From Candidatus Yonathbacteria bacterium (GTDB taxonomy: Bacteria > Patescibacteriota > Minisyncoccia > Phycocordibacterales > UBA1550): 64,000 nt of DNA. The notes below the pieces were generated by a model that saw only the letters and a list, made by a program, of their open reading frames with translations, did not search any database and was not told where the DNA came from. The stretch is from contig DMXP01000005.1 in assembly GCA_003483855.1 (NCBI GenBank), forward strand, positions 29,202 to 93,201, in the 5' to 3' direction. The translations under genes and the position numbers were made by a program. Below are positions 10,767 through 18,762 of this stretch, in pieces; within the stretch, counting starts at the first letter, position 1, and each line of letters starts with the position of its first letter.

Positions 10767-10806
10767 GGGGTAGAATATCGAATATTGAATGTCGAAGTTG
10801 GAATGG
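10767..10806 (-). promoter_or_regulatory. array of NNNATTC heptamers / GAATAT-n3-ATATTC palindrome immediately upstream of trmD
   Basis: Coding-strand reading: cccattc caacttc gacattc aatattc gatattc tacc, then ccctc ATG. Related arrays occur at 16337-16372, 50976-50990, 51908-51927 and 62208-62263. Confidence 0.35.
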
Positions 10807-10842
10807 GCCCAACTCATTACATTCGTTCAATACTTAATACTA

Positions 10843-10886
10843 TACACCAAAAACAAAAGAGCACCATTTTGGCACTCTTTTGTTTA
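10843..10886 (-). terminator. rho-independent terminator after the KH-domain gene
   Basis: Stem aaacaaaagag / ctcttttgttt with a U-run on the minus strand (cttttgtttttggtg). Confidence 0.5.
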
Positions 10887-10929
10887 ATGCGAATCCTTGT
10901 ATTATTCAATATTCGATATTCTATTTCTC

Positions 10930-11244
10930 CTACCCCTTTAGTCCTTCAATCACCTCATCCACTGTCTTTGAAGCGCTGGGGCCTTTGCCTCCTGCTGGCT
11001 CGCTGATCTTTAAATTCACACGCGCGTTGTTTTTCATTCCAACTACGCGAAGAAGTGTGCGGATTGCTTTTGCGGTGTTGCCATCGCGTCCGATAATTTT
11101 TCCCATATCTCCGGGATTTACATCAAGCGTGATGAGCACGCCCATTTCGTCCACCACACGTGTTACTTTTACATCGCTTGGATGTTCTACGAGCGCTTTT
11201 ACTACATATTCTAGAAATGTTACATCTGGTTCCTGTGTTGTCAT
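10930..11244 (-). CDS. KH-domain RNA-binding protein (YlqC/UPF0109-like)
   Basis: 104 aa with VTRVVDEMGVLITLDVNPGDMGKIIGRDGNTAKAIRTLL, the KH fold GxxG motif. It sits upstream of trmD as in rpsP-KH-rimM-trmD clusters. Confidence 0.8.
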   Translation of the reverse strand: MTTQEPDVTFLEYVVKALVEHPSDVKVTRVVDEMGVLITLDVNPGDMGKIIGRDGNTAKAIRTLLRVVGMKNNARVNLKISEPAGGKGPSASKTVDEVIEGLKG

Positions 11245-11456
11245 ATGATCGTGTTGTCTTATCGGTTAGCTACTAACATTTCAGCCTACTAGCTGATTGG
11301 GATATCGTACTACAAATGTGCCTACTATTCAAGAACGACCACGCCTTGTTTTAGAATTGCTTTGAGTACGAGGCGTGGGAGGTTTTTGTGACTAAAATGT
11401 ACAATTTGTACTTTGCAGAAACAAAAACATCCCACAACGAAGTAGGCGAAGTGATT

Positions 11457-13265
11457 TTAAGACAAGGTTGCCTTTATACGGCGAACGCCAGCTGACGACG
11501 CCTCCTCTTTCACAATTTTAAACTTCCCCATTCCTTCTGTTTTTTCTACGTGAGGTCCACCACAAAGCTCTGCGGAGTATTGTGTGCCGTCTGGTGAAGC
11601 AACAGAGTACACATTAACCACATCTGGATACTTCTCCCAGAAACTTCCTTCCGCCCCACGCGCTTTCGCTTCTTCTTTTTTCATCTGCTCAATTTTTACC
11701 GCGCATCCTTTCGCAATCGCCTCATTTACATACGCTTCCACCTTGTCTAAAACGTCCCGCTCTACTTTTTGCGGATATGTGAAATCAAAACGGGTTCTTT
11801 CTTCTGTAATATTTGAACCTGCCTGATGCACATCGTTTCCTAAATATTTGCGAAGGCCCGCGAGCATTAGGTGGGTCGCTGTATGAAGCGCGGTTGTCTT
11901 TATGCTCGCATCCGCGAGCCCACCTTTAAACTTCCCCTCTGCGCCTGCGCGCGAAAGCTCCTGATGTTTTTTGAAATCCTCGTCGTACCCCGCTCTGTCC
12001 ACAGAAACATGATGCTCCTCCGCGAGCTCCTCTGTCATCTCTATTGGGAAACCGTATGTTGAAAACAACTTAAACGCGTCGTCCCCAGAAATTGTTTTAT
12101 TTTCAAAAAGTCGAGCAATCTCTTTTGTTCCACGCTCAAGTGTTTTTCTAAACCTGTCTTCCTCCTCCCAAATTTCTTTTACAATAATATCGGTTTGTTC
12201 AAAAACATTGTCGTACACTCCGCGATATTTTTCTGCAATCACAGGAACAAGTTCAGAAAGCATATTGTGCCCTATGCCAAGTATGTCTGAATAACGAACA
12301 GCGCGACGAAGAAGTCTGCGCAAAATGTATCCTTGGTCGGTGTTTGACGGTCGCACTCCATCCGCAATAATCATCACAGCGGTACGCACGTGGTCTGCCA
12401 CGATACGCGATGCGCGAATGTGTTTAACATCAACAGGAATATCTCCGCCAGCCAAATCTGCAATCTTTTGCATTATCGGCGCAAACAAATCCGTCTCAAA
12501 CACATTGTCTTTCCCTTGTATCGCCATAACCACACGCTCTAGCCCTGAGCCTGTGTCAACATTTTTCTGCGCTAGTCTTCCAATCACCTTGCCGTCTTTT
12601 TTCTCGTACTCCATAAACACGTCGTTCCAAACCTCCACGATATCCTGCCTATCATCTGCCGTTAGATATTCCTCCTTTGTCATCTCGCCTAGCCCATTTT
12701 CGGTAATATCGTAAAACATTTCTGTGTCGGGACCGCATGGGCCGTTGTCTCCTGGGCTCCACCAGTTGGACTTTGCAGACATAAAATAAATATGACTGTC
12801 CGGCATATAGTTTCGCCAAATATCAAGCGCTTCGTTGTCGCGCGGAGCATCATCATTGCCTTCAAAAACAGTTACATACAAACGCGACGGATCCAAACCA
12901 AGCCCCTCGTCTTTTGATGTCAAAAATTCAAAACTCCACTGAATAGCTTCTTCTTTGAAATAATCTCCAAGCGACCAGTTGCCAAGCATTTCAAAAAAAG
13001 TGTCATGAGTTTTGTCACCCACTTCCTCAATGTCCTGCGTGCGAACACACTTCTGGCTGTTCACGAGTCGCTTCCCGCTTGGATGCGGTGTGCCCATTAG
13101 GTACGGCGCGAGCGGTTGCATTCCAGCAGTATTAAAAAGCACCGAGGGGTCATTCTCGGGAACAAGTGGCGCCGAGGGAATAATCGTATGCCCGCGCTTC
13201 TCAAAAAACTTTAAAAATCTGTCGCGAATTTCTCGGGAGTCCATCCCAATAGAAGTTTTGTCCAT
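11457..13265 (-). CDS. alaS: alanine--tRNA ligase, short form lacking the C-Ala domain
   Basis: N-terminal class II catalytic core (FLKFFEKRGHTIIPSAPLVPENDPSVLFNTAGMQP). The editing domain has HTATHLM...CGGPHV. Only 602 aa. Confidence 0.92.
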   Translation of the reverse strand: MDKTSIGMDSREIRDRFLKFFEKRGHTIIPSAPLVPENDPSVLFNTAGMQPLAPYLMGTPHPSGKRLVNSQKCVRTQDIEEVGDKTHDTFFEMLGNWSLGDYFKEEAIQWSFEFLTSKDEGLGLDPSRLYVTVFEGNDDAPRDNEALDIWRNYMPDSHIYFMSAKSNWWSPGDNGPCGPDTEMFYDITENGLGEMTKEEYLTADDRQDIVEVWNDVFMEYEKKDGKVIGRLAQKNVDTGSGLERVVMAIQGKDNVFETDLFAPIMQKIADLAGGDIPVDVKHIRASRIVADHVRTAVMIIADGVRPSNTDQGYILRRLLRRAVRYSDILGIGHNMLSELVPVIAEKYRGVYDNVFEQTDIIVKEIWEEEDRFRKTLERGTKEIARLFENKTISGDDAFKLFSTYGFPIEMTEELAEEHHVSVDRAGYDEDFKKHQELSRAGAEGKFKGGLADASIKTTALHTATHLMLAGLRKYLGNDVHQAGSNITEERTRFDFTYPQKVERDVLDKVEAYVNEAIAKGCAVKIEQMKKEEAKARGAEGSFWEKYPDVVNVYSVASPDGTQYSAELCGGPHVEKTEGMGKFKIVKEEASSAGVRRIKATLS

Positions 13266-13393
13266 AAAAATACTTAAAATATTACCGAGCCCCCAATGCG
13301 TTTTCCTATAATTCTGTGAATATTTCAGAGAAACTTCTAACGGGACAAGTATTCGCCTATCTTATACCAAAATGCTCCATTTAGACAACTTTT

Positions 13394-13876
13394 CTAATCC
13401 TCAGGAGAAAAATGCGCGAGAGCTTTGACCTTGTTTTCTATGTACCAGAGACCGGTAAAAATAAACAACGCGAATACTGTCGCAATGACCGCCAAAACAT
13501 AATATCCATACCCTATTGCCACGCCCACGCCGGCGGCAACCCAAATGCCTGCCGCAGTTGTAACCCCGCTAACTTTTGAGCCCTTGAAAATAATGAGGCC
13601 AGCGCCGATGAAACCGATTCCCTGAATAATAGCAGCGGTAACGCGCGCTGATGAATCTGTAAACATTGTGGCGTTGGAACCGTAACCGCCCGATGCAAGC
13701 ACTCCGACAATTACAAAGAGAGCCGAGCCCATAGTCACGAAACCGTATGTGCGCATACCGGCAGTCTTGCCAGCAAGCGCGCGCTCAATGCCAAGCGACA
13801 TTCCTAAAAACATCGCTGTGAACAACTTGAGAATAATTTCCAAATCTTGACTGCTTAAAAGTGTTGTGATGTCCAT
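13394..13876 (-). CDS. MgtC/SapB family membrane protein
   Basis: FTAMFLGMSLGIERALAGKTAGMRTYGFVTMGSALF matches the MgtC N-terminal domain. About four TM segments. Confidence 0.8.
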   Translation of the reverse strand: MDITTLLSSQDLEIILKLFTAMFLGMSLGIERALAGKTAGMRTYGFVTMGSALFVIVGVLASGGYGSNATMFTDSSARVTAAIIQGIGFIGAGLIIFKGSKVSGVTTAAGIWVAAGVGVAIGYGYYVLAVIATVFALFIFTGLWYIENKVKALAHFSPED

Positions 13877-13896
13877 TTGTTTATTGTAACAAATTA

Positions 13897-14760
13897 TTAA
13901 AATTCCTGACAGACTTGATCAACTTCTTCTACTACTCTTCCAATCTGTTCATCCGTAAAGCCAATTGATTTCAATGGAGCTGGATTATTCTTTAAATCGC
14001 GACACATCACAATTCCTTGTTCAAGTAAATTATTTTTGTCACTCTGACTAAGTGTAGAAAGAAATGTAAGCGGATGCACTCCCGTTTCCAAGATTAAATC
14101 CTGCAAATTGCCTTTTTCAGGATAGTCCCAGCCAATCACAGTGAGCCCAGAGCAATTCGCATATTGAATTGCATCACTCGTGAGCTTAGTGTTTGTAATG
14201 AGCCACCCCTCGTGAACTTTCTTTACCTCTCCTTCGTGTCTTTTATGCGCTTCATCGTGAGCTTTCTGCAAATCCATAAATCGCGCACGGACATAAAGCG
14301 CGACCTTCACGTCTGTTTTTATACCTTGCTGATTGTGGAACTTGCACTCTGCAAAAATATGCCTGTCGCCTTTTTCCATAAGCACGTCCACCTCGTGATC
14401 AACACAAAATCCCTGTAGAATTACACCTGTCTCTGCAGTGTAACCCTTTCCACGCAAAACTTCCGCGACAAATTTTTCAAATGGAAATCCGCTAGGCCCG
14501 AGCTCTAGCACTGCTTTCCTTAGCGAATAACGAATAGCGGCAGGATATTTTTTTTTCTTGAGAATAGAGTACGCGTGCTTGTAAATCTGCGAAGTCTTCA
14601 TCCCCTCGTGAAGCTCTGGGAGAATGTGCTCAACTATACGCTCTATAGTTTCATCGTCTGCACCAGAACGCGTAAGCGAACGACGAAGTTTATTAAGAGA
14701 AAATCGCTCACGCTCGCCAGTGCTTTTTATGACCCACACGTCATCTTGCTCTTTGTTCAT
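13897..14760 (-). CDS. ATP-cone domain fused to restriction-endonuclease-like PD-(D/E)xK domain protein
   Basis: N-terminus VWVIKSTGERERFSLNKLRRSLTRSGADDETIERIVEHI is an ATP-cone. The middle FEKFVAEVLRGKGYTAETGVILQGFCVDHEVDVLMEKGDRHIFAECKFHN is a D..EVD...ECK nuclease core. Start trimmed to MNKEQDD. Confidence 0.7.
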   Translation of the reverse strand: MNKEQDDVWVIKSTGERERFSLNKLRRSLTRSGADDETIERIVEHILPELHEGMKTSQIYKHAYSILKKKKYPAAIRYSLRKAVLELGPSGFPFEKFVAEVLRGKGYTAETGVILQGFCVDHEVDVLMEKGDRHIFAECKFHNQQGIKTDVKVALYVRARFMDLQKAHDEAHKRHEGEVKKVHEGWLITNTKLTSDAIQYANCSGLTVIGWDYPEKGNLQDLILETGVHPLTFLSTLSQSDKNNLLEQGIVMCRDLKNNPAPLKSIGFTDEQIGRVVEEVDQVCQEF

Positions 14761-14786
14761 ATTCCTTAGTTTAACACAATGAATAG

Positions 14787-14824
14787 GCAAAAGAAAAAGG
14801 TCGAGCTAAGATACTAGCTCGACC
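14787..14824 (-). terminator. rho-independent terminator
   Basis: Perfect 10-bp stem ggtcgagcta / tagctcgacc followed on the minus strand by tttttcttttgc. It lies about 320 nt downstream of the mnmA stop. Confidence 0.5.
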
Positions 14825-15143
14825 TTGCTAAGATACTTTGGGGGATCGCAAACTCTCCAAAGGGTTGCTGTCGTGGGATGCCGTATGCAACCGTGCCTCT
14901 TTAATTCAACCCCAAGTGAAGACATAAATACCTCAGAGATTCACTGTGCACAAATAAACACTATCACAAGAATGCAATTTTGTCTATATTTTTTTATTTA
15001 TTGTAATGTCGTGCACCAGTCTTTGCGAGCAGAGCGAAGCAAGCCAGGATTATGTGCGACAAGCTCTGGATTGCTTCGTTGTACCTCCTCGCAAAGACAA
15101 TGCCGAGAGACATCGCTACAAACCATCAACTAACGACTATTGG

Positions 15144-16268
15144 CTATCCCACTATTCCGCCACCAATACACTCTTTCCCATCATACAAAACTACTGATTG
15201 CCCTGCGTCAAAAACTGCTGGCTTTTCGAGGCGCAATGAAAAAGAATTTTCATTAACACTAGCAATCTTGCATTTGTACTGCTCGCCGTGGTAGCGCACC
15301 TGCGCGGTATATTTCCTTGCAGTATCAGGAATCGTTCCACTACAAAAACTCGCCTGCTCGGCTCGTAGCTCCTGCGAGGCGCACCCCAGTGCCTTTTTTG
15401 TATGAGGTGCAACCGTAATTGTATTTTTTTCAAAATCTTTTGCCACAACATAGAGTGGCGCATCGTCAGTACCTTTCTTCGTAACCATAAATCCATGACG
15501 TTCGCCAAGCGTAAAAAAGTATGTGCCACGATGCGTACCGATTATCTCGCCTTTTCCATTCAGCACACTTCCCTCTTTCTCCTCAATATAGTTCGCGAGA
15601 AAATCCTTCATATCAAGCTTGCCCACAAAACACAGTCCTTGCGAATCTTTTTTCTCCGCAACTGGCAAACCAAACTTTTTCGCAAGAGCGCGCACTTGCG
15701 ACTTTTTGTAACCGCCAATCGGGAAAAATGTTTTGCTCAGCTGTTCCTTTCCTAGTGTCCACAAAAAATACGATTGATCCTTGGTATCATCAACTCCCTT
15801 TAGCATTCTGTGTTTGCATTCACTTTTGACTTTTGACTTTTGACTTCGAATCAGCTGATTCGCGTCTTGGACGCAGACTACCTTTGCGTAGTGTCCTGTC
15901 GCCACAAAGTCCGCTCCCTCTTTCATGGCTCGTCTAAAAAATGCGCCAAACTTTACCTCGCGGTTGCACATTACATCGGGGTTCGGCGTGCGACCCTGCC
16001 TGTACTCCGCAATCATATAATCCGCCACGCCTTCTTTGTATTCCTTTTCAAAATCCCACGTGAGGAGGGGGATGCCAAGGGGCGCAGAAACGCGCATTGC
16101 GTCCAAACGCTCCTCACGCCACGTGCATGGCAAAAAATCCGGTTGCCATACCTTCATAAAAACACCCGTAACATCGTACCCTGCTTTTTGTAAAAGCGCT
16201 GCAGAAACTGACGAATCCACTCCGCCTGACATTCCAACATATACTTTACCCTTCGACTTTCTATTCAT
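15144..16268 (-). CDS. mnmA: tRNA-specific 2-thiouridylase
   Basis: VYVGMSGGVDSSVSAALL (PP-loop), ...KDQSYFL..., and a C-terminal beta-barrel. Contains an in-frame repeat-derived insertion (see repeat 15823-15874). Confidence 0.9.
   Translation of the reverse strand: MNRKSKGKVYVGMSGGVDSSVSAALLQKAGYDVTGVFMKVWQPDFLPCTWREERLDAMRVSAPLGIPLLTWDFEKEYKEGVADYMIAEYRQGRTPNPDVMCNREVKFGAFFRRAMKEGADFVATGHYAKVVCVQDANQLIRSQKSKVKSECKHRMLKGVDDTKDQSYFLWTLGKEQLSKTFFPIGGYKKSQVRALAKKFGLPVAEKKDSQGLCFVGKLDMKDFLANYIEEKEGSVLNGKGEIIGTHRGTYFFTLGERHGFMVTKKGTDDAPLYVVAKDFEKNTITVAPHTKKALGCASQELRAEQASFCSGTIPDTARKYTAQVRYHGEQYKCKIASVNENSFSLRLEKPAVFDAGQSVVLYDGKECIGGGIVG
15823..15874. repeat. 3x ttttgac heptamer plus 27-bp double palindrome (gaatcagctgattc + cgtcttggacg) embedded in frame in mnmA
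   Basis: cacttttgacttttgacttttgacttcGAATCAGCTGATTCgCGTCTTGGACG. The same double palindrome occurs at 54743-54770 and 57053-57080. Confidence 0.55.
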
Positions 16269-16336
16269 TTGTTTACCCTACTTGAATACCATCAAAATCG
16301 CAACTCTAACAAACAATCAAGTTTTGCATTTCGCGC

Positions 16337-16372
16337 CCATTCCATGTTCTACATTCCAAATTCGACATTCTA
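16337..16372. repeat. degenerate NNcATTC heptamer array between mnmA and mltG
   Basis: ccattcc atgttc tacattc caaattc gacattc tatc. Confidence 0.3.
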
Positions 16373-17398
16373 TCTTAGATACTTCCCCTTGTTTACCACA
16401 TGCTCATCAAATGTTTTTGCGTAATGCATCGCGCCTTCTTTATCTGAAAGATAATACATAAAAGATGTTGCCGTTGGACTAATAGCCGCGCGAATAGCAA
16501 CAATGCCTGGGTTTCCAATAGGACCAGCAGGGAGACCTTTGTTTGTATATGTATTGTACGCTGATTTTATTTTTAGATCTGCAGTTGTAAGCTCGCTTGA
16601 TTTCTTGCCCAGTAGATACATAAATGTTGCGTCTACTTGAAGAGGCATTCCTTTTGAAATACGATTCCAAAGCACGCCTGACACTAGAGCCATATCCTCG
16701 GGATTAGAGGCTTCTCGTTCAAGTATAGATGCCATAATAATTATATCGCGCAATGAATGCTTTGATGTTTCAATCGCGCCAGACCATGGCTCTATTTTTT
16801 TATTAAAATTGTTAATCATTATTTGTTCTGCTTCCAATGCTGTAACATTTTCAGGGAAAAAATATGTGTCGGGAAAAAGGTATCCTTCCTGCGGACGCGC
16901 ATGTTCTAGAAAAAACACAGTATCAAAATTTGAAATATTTTTTTCTAAAACTACTGCTACTTCCTTGTTAGACATTCCCTCCGGGATAGTTACGCGTACC
17001 GCAGGAATTCCTGAGATGCTTCGCGCAATGCGTATTGCAATACGACAGGCAGAAATCGGTTCTTTAAAAAGATACTGCCCTGCGGACACAGGCTTTGCGC
17101 CTCCGACGAGCTTCGCGCAAGATTCAAAAAGACTCTGTGAGCGGATAAGATTTTCTTTTTCAAGGAGTGCGGAAACTTCTGTAAGTGAAGCGCCCTTCTT
17201 TACTGTAATCATTTTATTTTCTGGAAAACTAAATGGGGGCATTACACGAAAGGAGATGTACGCTGAAAAAAGGACAATTATAATAACAATAACAATCAAA
17301 ACTTTTGCTCCTCGCTCTTCTATGCCGAGCGAAGACAGAAACCTTGAAAAACGTCCTGCTTCTTCTTGTGTTACTTTTTCTTCTGGTGTTTTGTCCAT
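16370..17398 (-). CDS. mltG: endolytic murein transglycosylase (YceG/MltG family)
   Basis: C-terminal LQVDATFMYLLGKKSSELTTADLKIKSAYNTYTNKGLPAGPIGNPG is the YceG signature. One TM helix. Start trimmed to MDKTPEEK. Confidence 0.85.
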   Translation of the reverse strand: MDKTPEEKVTQEEAGRFSRFLSSLGIEERGAKVLIVIVIIIVLFSAYISFRVMPPFSFPENKMITVKKGASLTEVSALLEKENLIRSQSLFESCAKLVGGAKPVSAGQYLFKEPISACRIAIRIARSISGIPAVRVTIPEGMSNKEVAVVLEKNISNFDTVFFLEHARPQEGYLFPDTYFFPENVTALEAEQIMINNFNKKIEPWSGAIETSKHSLRDIIIMASILEREASNPEDMALVSGVLWNRISKGMPLQVDATFMYLLGKKSSELTTADLKIKSAYNTYTNKGLPAGPIGNPGIVAIRAAISPTATSFMYYLSDKEGAMHYAKTFDEHVVNKGKYLR

Positions 17399-17403
17399 GA
17401 TGA

Positions 17404-18639
17404 TTAAATTGGCAAATTGACTGGCGCTTCTGACTTGCGTGAGGGAATACGACCGAATGTAGGTGTCTGCGCAACACCTCCTGGGAAGTGATAAATAGTG
17501 GCGAGCTCCTCTGTGGTAAGCACAAACGGTTTCAACTTGCGTGGCAAGTGGAACCACGAGCGTTGCTTGTAAGCTTCAAACATATCTACCTTTTTCCAAG
17601 TAAGACGCGTCTTGTCATAATCCTCCCACGGGAAATCCCATCCGTATGTTTGCTCACCACCTTTGAATGAGTTTAGATTGTTTGAAGTAAACGGGCGCAA
17701 TAGACCACCTAGCGCTTTTATATGACCAAAATCTGCTTTGTCCTTCTTCCCAAGATATATCGCGCGAATACCGCAATCAAAACCGAGCTTGTTTATACTA
17801 CGCTCAATAGCAGCAACGGCGTCTTGTTCGCCCTTGGTGGTCATAAAAAGTTTAGCAAAGCCTTCATCAGTTTTCTGGTCACGCTTCATTATCCTTTCGA
17901 TTAGCGCTTTCCCTTCATCTTGCCATGTACCAATACTGCTATCGGCTTTTTTATATCGCTTGCTTGCCGACTGAACAAGTATCTGAATCCAAATCTGCTC
18001 ATCCTTCCCAATTGACCCTAAGTACTCAATAATAGAAGTGATTGGATCAATTTTGAACTCCTCTTTCACACCCTCTTTGTCCATACCGTAGTCAACATAA
18101 GTTTTTATTGGATACGCGTCTTCTTTTGAGAGAGTGTATTCGGAGCTAATCATTTCCCATTCGCCCTTTTTGCCCCTGTAGTCCACATAGCGTGTGTAGT
18201 CTGGGACCTCGTGTATTTCTATATCAGGATACTGCGCGTAAAGTTGCGCCTCTATAACATTTTTATAAAATGCGCCTGTGCGAATAAAAAAGTGGACATT
18301 TCCATCTAGAGAAACCATCTCTAGAGAAAACCAATCCTTTACTTTTCCTTTCCAGTATTTGTCCCACCAAACAATCTTGCCGGATGACTGATAAAGCGCG
18401 TTTAACATAATCTCCATCGCAAGCGGAGTTTTGTGAATCTCCTTTGGAATCTTGACCTCGAGCATTATCCAATTGATGCGTGAGATATATCGCCCCTGCA
18501 CATAATGCATCCATTGATGCAAAAATAAATAACCTAGAAAAATCGGGCCCCAATAAGGGAACCATGCAAAAAAAGTTGATAGAAGAGAAACAACCTGCGC
18601 GTATAACTCGCTAAATCCGAGAGACTGAATTAAATCCAT
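17404..18639 (-). CDS. hypothetical membrane protein
   Basis: 412 aa from MDLIQSLGFSELY with two N-terminal TM helices. No recognisable domain. A predicted promoter sits immediately upstream. Confidence 0.55.
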   Translation of the reverse strand: MDLIQSLGFSELYAQVVSLLSTFFAWFPYWGPIFLGYLFLHQWMHYVQGRYISRINWIMLEVKIPKEIHKTPLAMEIMLNALYQSSGKIVWWDKYWKGKVKDWFSLEMVSLDGNVHFFIRTGAFYKNVIEAQLYAQYPDIEIHEVPDYTRYVDYRGKKGEWEMISSEYTLSKEDAYPIKTYVDYGMDKEGVKEEFKIDPITSIIEYLGSIGKDEQIWIQILVQSASKRYKKADSSIGTWQDEGKALIERIMKRDQKTDEGFAKLFMTTKGEQDAVAAIERSINKLGFDCGIRAIYLGKKDKADFGHIKALGGLLRPFTSNNLNSFKGGEQTYGWDFPWEDYDKTRLTWKKVDMFEAYKQRSWFHLPRKLKPFVLTTEELATIYHFPGGVAQTPTFGRIPSRKSEAPVNLPI

Positions 18640-18646
18640 ATTTCCT

Positions 18647-18674
18647 ATGATAACACACGGGGAACAATTGACAA
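18647..18674 (-). promoter_or_regulatory. candidate sigma70-type promoter (TTGTCA-16nt-TATCAT), short or no leader
   Basis: Minus strand: TTGTCA (rc of 18669-18674), 16-nt spacer, TATCAT (rc of 18647-18652), 7 nt, then ATG at 18639. It overlaps the caattgacaattgaca motif. Confidence 0.35.
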
Positions 18675-18682
18675 TTGACATG

Positions 18683-18723
18683 TAACCAAAAAAGCGCGTT
18701 TCCGCGTAGCGGAAACGCGCTTT
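18683..18723 (-). terminator. rho-independent terminator after the sigma-like gene
   Basis: aaagcgcgtttccgc-gtag-gcggaaacgcgcttt, a perfect 15-bp stem. The minus strand continues with TTTTTTGG. Confidence 0.6.
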
Positions 18724-18762
18724 AGTCAATTGTTAATGGTCACATGTCAAATGTTCCCCCTC

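Noticed and set aside
10033-11248. Plus-strand ORFs 10033..10404, 10423..10656, 10470..11006, 10880..11248 overlapping trmD and the KH gene
   Set aside because: They are antisense to confidently identified genes. Their translations are low complexity with no family resemblance.
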